This document shows positions 1 through 10,173 of a DNA stretch of 64,000 nt, one piece after another; position 1 is the first letter of the stretch, and each line of letters opens with the position of its first letter. Origin of the DNA: Fidelibacterota bacterium (GTDB lineage Bacteria; Fidelibacterota; UBA8477; JABMPR01). The notes below the pieces were generated by a model. It was not told the DNA's origin and did not search any database. It saw nothing but the letters and a program-made list of their open reading frames with translations. Position numbers and translations under genes: made by a program. The stretch lies in contig JAIPJM010000004.1 in the NCBI GenBank assembly GCA_021734255.1, positions 65,345 through 129,344 of the forward strand, given 5' to 3'.

Positions 1-7
1 TATCGTC

Positions 8-1414
8 ATGGTTTTCCAGATGGTGCTTTCATTTATCAACAATCAGTCGACGAATCAGCTGTTCCGTCAGTCCATGGACTACTATCGACGGGATTCCGCG
101 GAAAGGATCGCCGACCTTACCACGACTGCCCTGGAACTCCTTATAGAAAAAAGTGATACTCAACTTCATGACACCCCCGAGGAGCAAAATGCGCTTATTC
201 AGTCCTTTGATAAGCTTTTGAGCCAGCAGTTGCTCCAACGCAATATTGGTGAAGTTTTCCTCCTGGTACAAGATGGAGATTCCATAAAAACATTGGCTGA
301 TGGAACACAGATATTTGATCAATATATCGGTGGCAGAATTGTGCAGATGACCAGTGATTCGCTTTTTTCAGAAGCTGCCATTAAATATTTCGATGAGAAC
401 CAGGAGTCATTGTTACGGGATGAACAGATCATCAGTATTCTCGTAGGAGATGATACTTTCCATGTGCTGGTTCCGTTCTATTTCAAGGGTGAGATCAGCG
501 GTGCTGCCTATATGCGGATCACACCCGATGTGGGTCGGCTGATCGCATTGCTGAAAACGGCGTATAGCCAGAGTAGTGTGCTTTTTACGGGATTGATCCT
601 TATGGGCTTTATGGCTATGTTCTTCATTTATTCCTATACAGCTAGTGAACGGGATACTGTCCAGAACCAATTGTTTACCCAACGACAGAAACAGCTAAAG
701 GAACAGGTTGAACATCAGAAGGAAACGCTTTTTACCAAAAGAATTTATCATACACACCATAAAGCTGAAAAAGTAATGGGATTCATCAAAGAGGATCTGC
801 GGTATCTGGACGAACCCAATCTAGGTGAGACCCGGGATCGTGTGACCAAGTATGCGAACTTTGTCTCCCGGGTGATCTATGATATGAAATCCTATGATCC
901 ACCCCTCCATGTGATCCGAAACCCCATATTCAGGACAGATATTAACCAGGTGATCGAGTTTCTGGTGAGCAATCTGTTTCAGCGGGTGTATAAGAAAGGG
1001 GAGACCAAGGGTGTGCAGTTTCATCTGGACTTGCAAGAAGATATCCCCATTGTCCATGTGAATGAATATGTCGTCTGGGAGATCATCGAACCCCTGATCC
1101 AGAACGCCATCGACCACAACTCGGATCAGGAACTCACGCTGGATCTCGTCACCAGGATGGATGATAATAAGGAAAAATTAACGATTGAGATCAGAGACAA
1201 CGGGAAAGGTTTTCCGGCTGAGTTACTCGAAAAAGATGAGGATGGAGTGAAAGCGCTGTTCAAGGAATCGGTTAGCACAAAGGGGGGTGTTCCAAACTCT
1301 GGGTATGGTTGTTATCTGGCCAGGGAGATCAGTCGGAGATGTGGATGGACAGTTGATGCTGTTAATAGAAATGAAGGAGGCGCCTGCTTTGTCATTTATG
1401 CAGGTTTAGAATAA
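8..1414 (+). CDS. Sensor histidine kinase, possibly 5'-truncated by the window edge. One TM segment (VLFTGLILMGFMAMFFIYSY) and a C-terminal HATPase_c domain.
   Basis: C-terminal ATP-binding G-box motifs (IRDNGKGFP...GGVPNSGYGCYLAREI) and an H-box-like region (IYHTHHKAEKV). Only 7 nt lie upstream in the window, so the true start may be outside. The stop is 3 nt before the response regulator gene. Confidence 0.75.
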   Translation: MVFQMVLSFINNQSTNQLFRQSMDYYRRDSAERIADLTTTALELLIEKSDTQLHDTPEEQNALIQSFDKLLSQQLLQRNIGEVFLLVQDGDSIKTLADGTQIFDQYIGGRIVQMTSDSLFSEAAIKYFDENQESLLRDEQIISILVGDDTFHVLVPFYFKGEISGAAYMRITPDVGRLIALLKTAYSQSSVLFTGLILMGFMAMFFIYSYTASERDTVQNQLFTQRQKQLKEQVEHQKETLFTKRIYHTHHKAEKVMGFIKEDLRYLDEPNLGETRDRVTKYANFVSRVIYDMKSYDPPLHVIRNPIFRTDINQVIEFLVSNLFQRVYKKGETKGVQFHLDLQEDIPIVHVNEYVVWEIIEPLIQNAIDHNSDQELTLDLVTRMDDNKEKLTIEIRDNGKGFPAELLEKDEDGVKALFKESVSTKGGVPNSGYGCYLAREISRRCGWTVDAVNRNEGGACFVIYAGLE

Positions 1415-1416
1415 AT

Positions 1417-2862
1417 ATGGACCAGGATCAAATCAGCGTATTGCTCATTGAGGATGAAGAATTTGACGTTCGTCGGATCAAGAACACCTTGGATCCCTAT
1501 CGGGAAAGGATCAGGATCCAGGAAATAGTCTCTACAGGTGAAGACGCACTTTCCATGATCAGTCAGAAGGAGCCCTTTGATGTGGTTATTCTGGATTATC
1601 AGATCTCTGGAGGTCTCTATGGAGAACAGCTCATCCGGCGGATCAAGGAACAGGATCCGAGTCTGCAGGTCATCATTATCACCAAGATGACCATTGACCA
1701 GACGGACATACATTTTGCCAATCAGATGATTGAGAGTGGCGCATACTGGTTTGGCACAAAATACCCCTCCGATATTGAAGATTTCATTTACCAACCCACT
1801 GATTTCATCCTGACCATTCTGAATGCGGCTCAAAGGAAAAAGCTGGAGCTGGATAGAATCCGGTCACAGAAAAGATTGGACAAGAAAATTGACAGGATCA
1901 TGCAGGAACGACCGCTCCTAGGTGAATCATCCAGCATGCAACAGGTGCGTGACCTTATCACCAAATATGCACGAACCCAGGCCAACATCTTGATCAAGGG
2001 CGAGTCTGGATCAGGTAAGGAACTTATTGCCCGTAGCATTCACTACCAAAGTGAAAGACGCTATGAGAATTTCGTGACCGTGAATTGTGCTGCGATCCCT
2101 GGTGAGCTCATAGAAAGTGAACTCTTTGGATTTGTGAAAGGAGCATTTACAGGTGCCAAATCTGACAAAGCAGGGCTCTTTGAGCAGGCCAATAATGGCA
2201 CGATCTTCCTGGATGAGATCTCTGAGCTCCCTTATCTCGCCCAGGCCAAGCTCCTCCGTGTACTGGAAACCGGGGAGATGGATAAGATCGGGCGTAAGCA
2301 GAGCCATCAAGTAGATGTGCGGGTTATTTCTGCCACCAATAAGGATTTGAAAGAGCAGATGAAGCAGGACAAGTTCAGGGAGGACCTATATTATCGCTTG
2401 AATATTCTCCGCATCGAAGCACCTCCGATCGTTGAGAGAAAAGAGGATATCCCGCTCCTGATCGAATATTTTGTTGAACACTATTGTACTGATTTGAGCA
2501 TCACCATTCCATCCATTACTGAACAGGCCTGGAGTCGACTTAAGCAGTACCCCTGGCCTGGGAATGTGAGACAATTGAAGAATGTGGTCCAGCGTTTGGT
2601 CATATTGGGGATGGACGGTATCGATGATGACACGGTTGACCTGGCTCTGGATTCTCAAGCTCAGGACAGTATTTCATCTTTCGCAAACCCTGTTTTTTCG
2701 GAGGGTGAATTACTCCCCTTGAAAGAGATCGAGTTCAATTTCAGAAGGCAATATTTTGAGTTCGTGCGCAGACATTCTAGAACGGATACAGAGGCAGCTG
2801 GTAAATTAGGCCTGGCCCCTCCAAATTATCATCGCATGTGCAAAGAGTTGGGCTTGAAATAA
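1417..2862 (+). CDS. Sigma-54-dependent Fis-family response regulator (NtrC-like).
   Basis: N-terminal REC domain (VLLIEDEE...VVILDYQ). Central AAA+ sigma-54 interaction domain with Walker A GESGSGKE, GAFTGA motif (GFVKGAFTGA) and ESELFG. C-terminal Fis-type HTH. Confidence 0.85.
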   Translation: MDQDQISVLLIEDEEFDVRRIKNTLDPYRERIRIQEIVSTGEDALSMISQKEPFDVVILDYQISGGLYGEQLIRRIKEQDPSLQVIIITKMTIDQTDIHFANQMIESGAYWFGTKYPSDIEDFIYQPTDFILTILNAAQRKKLELDRIRSQKRLDKKIDRIMQERPLLGESSSMQQVRDLITKYARTQANILIKGESGSGKELIARSIHYQSERRYENFVTVNCAAIPGELIESELFGFVKGAFTGAKSDKAGLFEQANNGTIFLDEISELPYLAQAKLLRVLETGEMDKIGRKQSHQVDVRVISATNKDLKEQMKQDKFREDLYYRLNILRIEAPPIVERKEDIPLLIEYFVEHYCTDLSITIPSITEQAWSRLKQYPWPGNVRQLKNVVQRLVILGMDGIDDDTVDLALDSQAQDSISSFANPVFSEGELLPLKEIEFNFRRQYFEFVRRHSRTDTEAAGKLGLAPPNYHRMCKELGLK

Positions 2863-3161
2863 TTTTATCAGTTTAATAAAATTGTTATTCCAATAATAAG
2901 CACATGTTAGGAATTTAATCGGCATCCTTTTCCCCAAGCGGTGCATCTTCTACATTTTTTTACCTGAAACGTAATTCCCCGTCAATTTGTAAACCACTGT
3001 ATTACAAACACTTTTCTAGCGCTTGCACCTCGTCTGCAGGTGGTCTTCGATCATTTTAATACAAAAAATTGAACCCACGAACAACAGATGGTCTAGTATT
3101 TGAAATATATATAATTAATGAAATTTATTTTTCGTCAAAAAGCTAAGGAAAACGGTCAGGT

Positions 3162-4769
3162 ATGAGCGGCATCGATTTCGCTGTCATTGTCCTGTATTTT
3201 CTCATTGTCCTGGGAATAGGCGTTTATTATTCCAGACGGACAACGGATTCCACCGAATATTTTCTTGCCGGTAGGAATGTGGGCTGGATAGCCATAGGCG
3301 CCTCCTTATTTGCCTCGAATATTTCCAGTGAACATTTTATCGGCCTGGCAGGAACAGGATCAAGCAGTGGCTTGGCTGTTGGTCACTTTGAGTGGCTCGC
3401 AGCATTCATTGTGCTGTTCCTTGGATGGGTATTCGTTCCGTTCTATCTGAAATCCGGCGTTTTCACGATGCCGGAATTTCTGGAAAGACGCTATAGCCGC
3501 TCCAGCAGGATGTACCTGACCTCCGTTTCCATACTTGCCTATGTGATCACCAAGATTTCCGTCACGCTCTATGCTGGCGGTCTACTGCTCAGTAAGATCC
3601 TGGGGTGGGATATGATGACATCAGCCATTGTTCTCATCATCGTGACAGGGATCTATACCATTGCTGGTGGGCTGAAAGCAGTTATCTATACCGAATTACT
3701 CCAGACCTTTATTTTGATCGGGGGAGCACTTGCCCTAACCGTTCTTGGCCTGAACGAAGTGGGTGGATTCTCAGGCTTGCAGGCCAAGCTTCCACCTGAT
3801 TTTTTCAATATGTTCAAAGCCATGGACCACCCAGACTTCCCCTGGACAGGAATCATATTTGGCGCACCCATTCTGGGAATCTGGTATTGGTGTACGGATC
3901 AATTCATCGTTCAACGTGTGTTAAGCGCCAAGAATATCAATCATGCCCGTTCTGGTGCCATCCTGGCCGGATTTCTGAAGATCCTACCCGTGTTCATCCT
4001 CATTCTACCTGGACTGATCGCAGCAGCACTATTCGGTACATCGGGAGATGAAGCTTACCCCACGCTGGTTACCAGCTATCTATTGCCAACGGGGATCAAA
4101 GGCATCGTAATTGCCGGTTTGCTGGCGGCCCTCATGTCCTCGTTAGCCAGTGTTTTTAATAGCACCTCAACCCTTTTCACCATGGACTTCTATAAATATT
4201 TCAGGCCTGACTCTTCAGAAGTGGAACTTGTGCTCGTTGGTCGGCTTGCAACGACTGTCATGGTCGTGCTAGGTGTCTTGTCCGTCCCCCTCATCACCAT
4301 GTTAAGCAGTCAATTATTTGTCTACCTGCAGAGCGTTCAAGCCTACATCAGCCCACCCATTGCTGCTGTATTCATCCTGGGAATATTCTGGCAGCGGGCC
4401 AATGCGAGAGGAGCTATTTCTGCCCTGGGAACTGGTGCCGTTCTCGGTGCCCTGCGCTTCATTCTCGAACTGCTTGTCAAATCAGGAACTTCCCTGGGGG
4501 CTATCGAATGGTATGCCACAATGAATTTTTTGCATTTTGCTGTATTTTTATTTGTAATTTCAGTTGGTGTAGTGGTTGTTGTCAGTTTGGCGACAACGCC
4601 ACCGAGTCGTGAGCGCATATTGGGCCTAACGATGGCTACAGCTTCAGAAATTCAAACCGATCTAAGTCGTAAAATGGATGTTCAGGATCCATCATGGAAT
4701 AGGATCAATATTATTGCTTCGGTAATACTGGTCCTGACCATTTTGGCTCTCTGGGCAAAGTTTTTCTAA
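3162..4769 (+). CDS. Sodium:solute symporter family (SSF/SGLT-like) transporter, likely sugar uptake.
   Basis: About 14 predicted TM helices with an SSF-like N-terminus (YFLAGRNVGWIAIGASLFASNISSEHFIGLAG). Positioned upstream of the glycoside hydrolase cluster. Confidence 0.8.
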   Translation: MSGIDFAVIVLYFLIVLGIGVYYSRRTTDSTEYFLAGRNVGWIAIGASLFASNISSEHFIGLAGTGSSSGLAVGHFEWLAAFIVLFLGWVFVPFYLKSGVFTMPEFLERRYSRSSRMYLTSVSILAYVITKISVTLYAGGLLLSKILGWDMMTSAIVLIIVTGIYTIAGGLKAVIYTELLQTFILIGGALALTVLGLNEVGGFSGLQAKLPPDFFNMFKAMDHPDFPWTGIIFGAPILGIWYWCTDQFIVQRVLSAKNINHARSGAILAGFLKILPVFILILPGLIAAALFGTSGDEAYPTLVTSYLLPTGIKGIVIAGLLAALMSSLASVFNSTSTLFTMDFYKYFRPDSSEVELVLVGRLATTVMVVLGVLSVPLITMLSSQLFVYLQSVQAYISPPIAAVFILGIFWQRANARGAISALGTGAVLGALRFILELLVKSGTSLGAIEWYATMNFLHFAVFLFVISVGVVVVVSLATTPPSRERILGLTMATASEIQTDLSRKMDVQDPSWNRINIIASVILVLTILALWAKFF

Positions 4770-4804
4770 TGAATAACGTCATCATAGAGCAAGGAGGCTT
4801 TACA

Positions 4805-7375
4805 ATGAAGACAATGTTACGAACAAGCGTTGTACTGACACTCCTGGTATTTGTTGTCTTTGCACAGGCGCAGGTCATCAATAATTTTGATGCTGCACCA
4901 GCAGACACAAATTACTGGGAATTCTACAACCCCGTGACTGAAGGTGGTTCTGCCACTGCAACCGGTCACTATGCGATCAGTACAAACGCAAATCCTGAGA
5001 AGGGCTGGATTGATGTTTCGTATGTTACCGATCCTGTGTTAGAGGGTAGCGGTGCCATGCGGGTGGACTATTCCGCTCACAATAGCGAAGGATGGGGAGG
5101 ATACTCAAAACTCCACCATTTTCATCCGGATACACTCAGCACAGAGACCTATGACTGGTCCCTGTATGACAGTTTGTCCTTCTCATACAACAACATCGTT
5201 CCTCAGGACTCACTTGGCCGTGTTCATGTGAGATTGAACCTGAATGACTATGGCAATGTTACTGATTCCGCCTATGCAGATCTTGGAGAATACTGGTATT
5301 CCTTCAATTACATTCTGGATGATGAACCGGGCTGGAACACCATCACAATTCCACTTACACGTGGTGACAGCTATGGAAACACAGACTTCACCTATACCGG
5401 TTGGGCAGGTGCTACAGATGGGAATCAGGAAGTTGATAAAGATGCCATCAAGGGATTTGCTTTCGAGTTCTCCGTCAGTGGTGCTGGCGAAGGTGATGTG
5501 GTCACTGGATCAATTGTTTTTGATGATATGAAGCTGACGGGATCCCGAAATAAACTTACCCTGAATCCTGGTTTTGAAGCTGGTCCAAAAGCCGATGATA
5601 GTGGCGTTCCTGAAGGTTGGGGCGGCTGGATGGCTGCCTGGGACGGTTGGGGTGCCCAAACCCATTTTGCTACTGTAATGAGCGATTCGGCTCATAGTGG
5701 TGACTACTATGTCGAACTCGGTGTAGATGTTGGAAATGGCTACTGTGTCTTATGGCCAGAAGGTGATGAGATACCAGCGCTCCCAAGCGAAACTTTCGAG
5801 ATCAGTGCTTGGATCAAAGATGTATCTCCAACCGATGCAGGCGGTGATTTCGCAGCCCTCAAATTCGAAGCCTTTGATGCTGATGGAAATAAGGTTCTCG
5901 AGCAAGAGATTATCCAGGAAGGTGTCACTCGCGAGTGGCAGAAATTTTCTGCACAGGCTATCATGCCTGCAAATACTGTTAAAGTTCAGGCAGTCCTCGT
6001 CGCCACGAAATGGCTAGACGATGGTATTGCTGCAGTATACGCATTTGATGATGTAGCAATGGTTAGTCTTGGGTTTCCCGATCTTGAGCCACCAGCAGCT
6101 GTAGAAAATATCACAGCCATACCAGGAACCAACTACAACCTGGTAACCTGGGAAGAAGTAGCTGGGGAAGAAGGTGAAACCTATACTGTATACGCCAGTC
6201 CATTCCCCATCAATAACATCAATGCCGATTACGTAAGTGTTGTTGCAAGTGGTATTTTGGAAGGCGCTCCAAGTGTGGTCCATTATCTGTATACACCTGT
6301 CGTTGATGCAACTGTCAACACCTATTATGCAGTTGTTTGTACAGATGCCGCTGCCAATGTGGGACCTGCTGGTTATTCCACGTCTTCATTTGCCAATGAG
6401 GCGTTGGGAATCCCAACGATCTCCCTGAATCCACCAGCCAACTTCACCCCAGATGGTTTCTTTGATGAATGGGCTGGTATTGAACCCTTCATCATTGGTC
6501 AGCCCAACTCCTGGGGACATTCAGAGGTAAATAACACAGTTACAGATAATAGTGATGCTTCAGCTAAACTGTATCTCGCTGTGGATCAGGATTACCTGTA
6601 TGTAGCAGCTGATGTCGTTGATGATGTCTACTATGGTTGGACACCTGGAACGGGAAACTGGTGGGATCATGATGCCCTCCAGCTGTTCATCGGTCTTTAC
6701 GATCAGCGCGGTCCTCGTCATGGATCCTTCCAGCGCGGAGATGAACCAGACTACAGTGTCGTATTCGCCAATGATTCACTTTACAATGATAATCCAGGCG
6801 GTATGTCAGAAATGGCCGGGAGTGGTGACGGAATGTACTACTTCGAAGGGTTCTCATCTGATTACGTGATCGAAGCCAAGATCTCCCTTGATTCACTGGC
6901 AGCAAGTGGTGAAGACGCTAAGTTCGTTCCTCAGAACGGTATGCGTATCATCATGGAACCAATCCTTCACGATAATGATGGAAGTGGTTGGGAAGGTAAT
7001 GTTGAAAGTTCACCGTTGAACACAGACAATGCCTGGAACAACAATAATGAATGGAGTCAGACCTGGGTAGGAACTGGCGATCTGGTAAGCCGCGAAGACG
7101 TTACACTTCCTGGTGTATATGCACTTCGTGCCAACTATCCAAACCCATTCAACCCCAGCACCACGATCAGCTATGAGATCGCCCAGCAGGAACATGTCAA
7201 GCTGACGATCTACAACATGCTGGGTCAGGAAGTGGCGAACCTCGTAAACGAAGTTCAGCCAGCTGGAACCTACCAGATTCAGTTTGATGCAAGCACAATG
7301 GCCTCAGGTATCTACCTGTATACCATTGAAGCTGGTAGCTTCGGCGATACACAAAAAATGATCCTATTGAAATAA
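4805..7375 (+). CDS. Secreted multidomain protein with a T9SS C-terminal sorting domain (CBM-like domains).
   Basis: Signal peptide MKTMLRTSVVLTLLVFVVFAQAQ preceded by RBS caaggagg. The ORF-track ATG at 4769 is probably too far upstream. C-terminus YPNPFNPSTTISYEI...GIYLYTIEAG...KMILLK matches the T9SS type-A CTD. Confidence 0.6.
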   Translation: MKTMLRTSVVLTLLVFVVFAQAQVINNFDAAPADTNYWEFYNPVTEGGSATATGHYAISTNANPEKGWIDVSYVTDPVLEGSGAMRVDYSAHNSEGWGGYSKLHHFHPDTLSTETYDWSLYDSLSFSYNNIVPQDSLGRVHVRLNLNDYGNVTDSAYADLGEYWYSFNYILDDEPGWNTITIPLTRGDSYGNTDFTYTGWAGATDGNQEVDKDAIKGFAFEFSVSGAGEGDVVTGSIVFDDMKLTGSRNKLTLNPGFEAGPKADDSGVPEGWGGWMAAWDGWGAQTHFATVMSDSAHSGDYYVELGVDVGNGYCVLWPEGDEIPALPSETFEISAWIKDVSPTDAGGDFAALKFEAFDADGNKVLEQEIIQEGVTREWQKFSAQAIMPANTVKVQAVLVATKWLDDGIAAVYAFDDVAMVSLGFPDLEPPAAVENITAIPGTNYNLVTWEEVAGEEGETYTVYASPFPINNINADYVSVVASGILEGAPSVVHYLYTPVVDATVNTYYAVVCTDAAANVGPAGYSTSSFANEALGIPTISLNPPANFTPDGFFDEWAGIEPFIIGQPNSWGHSEVNNTVTDNSDASAKLYLAVDQDYLYVAADVVDDVYYGWTPGTGNWWDHDALQLFIGLYDQRGPRHGSFQRGDEPDYSVVFANDSLYNDNPGGMSEMAGSGDGMYYFEGFSSDYVIEAKISLDSLAASGEDAKFVPQNGMRIIMEPILHDNDGSGWEGNVESSPLNTDNAWNNNNEWSQTWVGTGDLVSREDVTLPGVYALRANYPNPFNPSTTISYEIAQQEHVKLTIYNMLGQEVANLVNEVQPAGTYQIQFDASTMASGIYLYTIEAGSFGDTQKMILLK

Positions 7376-7409
7376 GATTGTCTTTTGGTTAGTTAAAATA
7401 AACAGCAAA

Positions 7410-7437
7410 GGGGCGGGGAAGTTACCCGCCCCATTTG
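7410..7437 (+). terminator. Candidate rho-independent terminator after the T9SS cargo gene.
   Basis: GC-rich hairpin GGGGCGG-gaaguuac-CCGCCCC followed by AUUUGCAU (weak U tract). Confidence 0.45.
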
Positions 7438-7455
7438 CATCTCGATTACTAGGTA

Positions 7456-10164
7456 GTGCAGATGAAATATTATCTCAAGAAGTTCAATAAGCATTTAATC
7501 TTCGGTCTGTTGTTGACCCTCCTATTCATTGGGGGAGTCCAGGCTCAAACCACTGGAAAGATCTCGGGAATTGTCCTGGATGATGCCACTGGAGAACCAC
7601 TACCTGGGGCAAACATCAACCTGGTCGGTACTTCACGAGGAGCCGCTGCAGATATAGAGGGTCGATTTTTTATCCTGAATATTAGTCCAGGTTTCTACAA
7701 CCTCAGGATCGATATGATGGGTTATAGCCCGGTGATCGTTGAAAATATGGCTATTTCAATGAACAGAACGGTACCCGTTGAAATACGCATGGTTCCCTCT
7801 GTGATTGAGGGAGAAGTTGTTGTTGTAGAAGTTGACAGAGCGGCTGCAAAGAAAGATCAAACCGGTACCATAAAAAATATTTCATCTGAACAATTAGAGA
7901 TACTCCCCGTCGAGAATCTTGGTGCTGTTGTCAGCATGCAGGCAGGTGTGGTCGAAGGCCACTTCAGGGGCGGAAGATCAACAGAAGTATCCTATCTCAT
8001 CGATGGTATTCCTGTGGATGAGACCTTTGGTGGTCAATATGCATCGGTGGAGATCGAGCCGGAATCCATCAAAGACCTGGAAGTTATTACTGGAACATTC
8101 AATGCAGAATACGGCCGCGCAATGAGCGGTGTTGTGAATGCCGTAACCAAAGACGGTGATAAAGAATTTCATGGATCAGTTTATGTCGGGAGATCCAATT
8201 ATTATACGTCTAATACAGATATATTTCCTGGCATCGATTCATCAGCAGTTAACCTGAATGAGGACTATAAGATACAGTTGAGCGGTCCGATCCTGGGTGA
8301 CCGGATCACATTCTTTTTGAATGGACGTATGCAAAACAATCGTAACCATCTCAATGGTATCCACCGCTACAATGTAGATGATTATTCAAACTATTTTGGT
8401 GATACACCAGCTAGCTGGATCACAAGCAATACCGGGTCAGGTGAGTACGTCCCCATGAATGGTTCAGAAAACACCTCTGGCTTGGGAAAGATTGTATTCA
8501 AGCTCTTCGAGGGCATAAAATTTTCATTGATGCATTCCATCAATAATGATCGCTGGGACGGCTATTCCCATTCATGGAAATACAATCCCCATGGTCTGGC
8601 AAGTTCTTATCGCGAATCAGCCTTCAGCGTTTTTCAACTGAATCATATGTTGTCCAACCAACTTTTTTATGAGTTCAAAGTTTCCAAGATGGAAACCTAT
8701 AATGGGAACTATTTATTCCGCGATACTGCCGATTCAGGCTATGTCAATGATACCTTTACCAACGATTATGGGCCGGGATTTTTTACAGGAGGTCAAAACA
8801 AAGATCACAGCGAAAGATGGATGACAGACCTGGTCACTAAATTTGACATGACCTGGCAAGCAAATAACCATCATAGCTTGAAGGCTGGCGTTAACTATGT
8901 CCAACATGACCTGACAAATGAGTGGCATCAGATTCGGAATAAGTACGATGGTACACCCCTGGCTGTCTTCATGTATGAACCTGTTATATTTAGTGATAGC
9001 TCGGTATATGCAGATGTCTATACAGTCAAGCCTGAGGATTTCGCCGTCTATTTCCAGGATAAAATGGAATATGATGAGATGGTGATCAATTTTGGATTAC
9101 GATACGATTGGTTCGATCCAGCCACTGAGTACCCCAGTGATCTGCGTAATCCTGCGAATCAATTGAATTTTGAAGATGATTCAACAAGAACCTCTACCCT
9201 TCTACCAAGCCCGGTATCTTCCCAGATCAGTCCCCGGATCGGTCTGGCATATCAATTGGGAAGCGCAGCGATCCTGCACTTCAGTTATGGTCATTTCTTC
9301 CAGCTGCCACCCATGTATGCCATGTATCAGAACCATTCTTTTCTGGTGAGCCCCAGTGACTATTCTACAGTCATGGGTAATTCACGCCTGGATGCCGAGA
9401 AGACTGTTGCTTATGAGATCGGTCTGTGGCAAGAATTGATGCCTGGTATCGGTTTGGAAGTTTCGCTTTTCTATAAAGACATCTATAATCTCCTGAGTAC
9501 TCGGATCATCAGTACCTATAATCAGATCGAATACGGGCTGTATTCGAATAAGGATTATGGAAATGTAAGGGGTTTGGAGGTCAAGTTTGATGTATTTAAA
9601 AAACCGATCAACCTCTGGCTCAATTACACCCTCCAATACACACGCGGAAATGCTGATTCACCCACACAGGCTTTTGACAGAGCTGGAAATAGCCAGGATC
9701 CGGTGAACAAGTTCATCCCCATGAGTTGGGATCAAAGACACACGTTGAATGGCACGCTTGGGTATATTGGGAAAAATTTTGGTGTGTCCTTGACGGGATA
9801 TTTCAATTCGGGTGCTCCCTATACTTTTTCACCCCAGGGTGAAAGTATCCTTGCCAGGGTGAATTTGTATCCAAACAACGATTACCGACCCGTCAGGTAC
9901 CATGCTGATCTGACCGGGTATTACCACTTGCAGTTGGTGGGGGGGATCGGTCTCAAATTTGACCTGAGCATCTATAACCTGTTTGACAGATTGAACGAAA
10001 ATTGGGTGAATGGAGAAACAGGTCGTGCATATACTGCTGTCGTGACTGAGGCAGAACTTTCGAACTTTAAGAGTGACTTTTCAACTTATGAAGAAACCTA
10101 CCAGGATCCCTCTGCTTTCAGCGCTCCCCGACAGATCAAGCTGGGCATGGGCATCACATTTTAA
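7456..10164 (+). CDS. TonB-dependent outer-membrane receptor with an N-terminal carboxypeptidase-regulatory-like domain (SusC-like architecture, no SusD partner).
   Basis: Signal peptide, then a CarbopepD_reg-like domain (ISGIVLDDATGEPLPGANINLVGTSRGAAADIEGRFFI), plug and barrel. Terminates in ...KLGMGITF, the aromatic C-terminal residue typical of OM beta-barrels. Confidence 0.75.
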   Translation: MQMKYYLKKFNKHLIFGLLLTLLFIGGVQAQTTGKISGIVLDDATGEPLPGANINLVGTSRGAAADIEGRFFILNISPGFYNLRIDMMGYSPVIVENMAISMNRTVPVEIRMVPSVIEGEVVVVEVDRAAAKKDQTGTIKNISSEQLEILPVENLGAVVSMQAGVVEGHFRGGRSTEVSYLIDGIPVDETFGGQYASVEIEPESIKDLEVITGTFNAEYGRAMSGVVNAVTKDGDKEFHGSVYVGRSNYYTSNTDIFPGIDSSAVNLNEDYKIQLSGPILGDRITFFLNGRMQNNRNHLNGIHRYNVDDYSNYFGDTPASWITSNTGSGEYVPMNGSENTSGLGKIVFKLFEGIKFSLMHSINNDRWDGYSHSWKYNPHGLASSYRESAFSVFQLNHMLSNQLFYEFKVSKMETYNGNYLFRDTADSGYVNDTFTNDYGPGFFTGGQNKDHSERWMTDLVTKFDMTWQANNHHSLKAGVNYVQHDLTNEWHQIRNKYDGTPLAVFMYEPVIFSDSSVYADVYTVKPEDFAVYFQDKMEYDEMVINFGLRYDWFDPATEYPSDLRNPANQLNFEDDSTRTSTLLPSPVSSQISPRIGLAYQLGSAAILHFSYGHFFQLPPMYAMYQNHSFLVSPSDYSTVMGNSRLDAEKTVAYEIGLWQELMPGIGLEVSLFYKDIYNLLSTRIISTYNQIEYGLYSNKDYGNVRGLEVKFDVFKKPINLWLNYTLQYTRGNADSPTQAFDRAGNSQDPVNKFIPMSWDQRHTLNGTLGYIGKNFGVSLTGYFNSGAPYTFSPQGESILARVNLYPNNDYRPVRYHADLTGYYHLQLVGGIGLKFDLSIYNLFDRLNENWVNGETGRAYTAVVTEAELSNFKSDFSTYEETYQDPSAFSAPRQIKLGMGITF

Positions 10165-10173
10165 GGCTTAGCG

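Noticed and set aside
8-1414. Treating the histidine kinase as full-length.
   Set aside because: The ORF begins 7 nt from the window edge and has only one TM helix preceded by a ~190-aa region. A second TM and the true start are likely upstream, so it is flagged as possibly 5'-partial.
29-1833. Short antisense or alternate-frame ORFs inside large genes throughout the window (e.g., 29..322-, 413..682-, 821..1117-, 1396..1833-, and many more, such as 28866..29237 and 36458..36862 with Ser/Gly/Arg-rich translations).
   Set aside because: They lie entirely within well-supported longer CDSs on the opposite strand or in other frames. They have low-complexity composition and no RBS. They are treated as shadow ORFs.
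2863-3161. Sigma-54 (-24 GG / -12 GC) promoter upstream of the first symporter, expected because of the adjacent NtrC-like regulator.
   Set aside because: No TGGCAC-N5-TTGCW match with correct spacing could be found by eye (cggcatccttttcc and gcgcttgcacc fail spacing). This needs a proper PWM scan.
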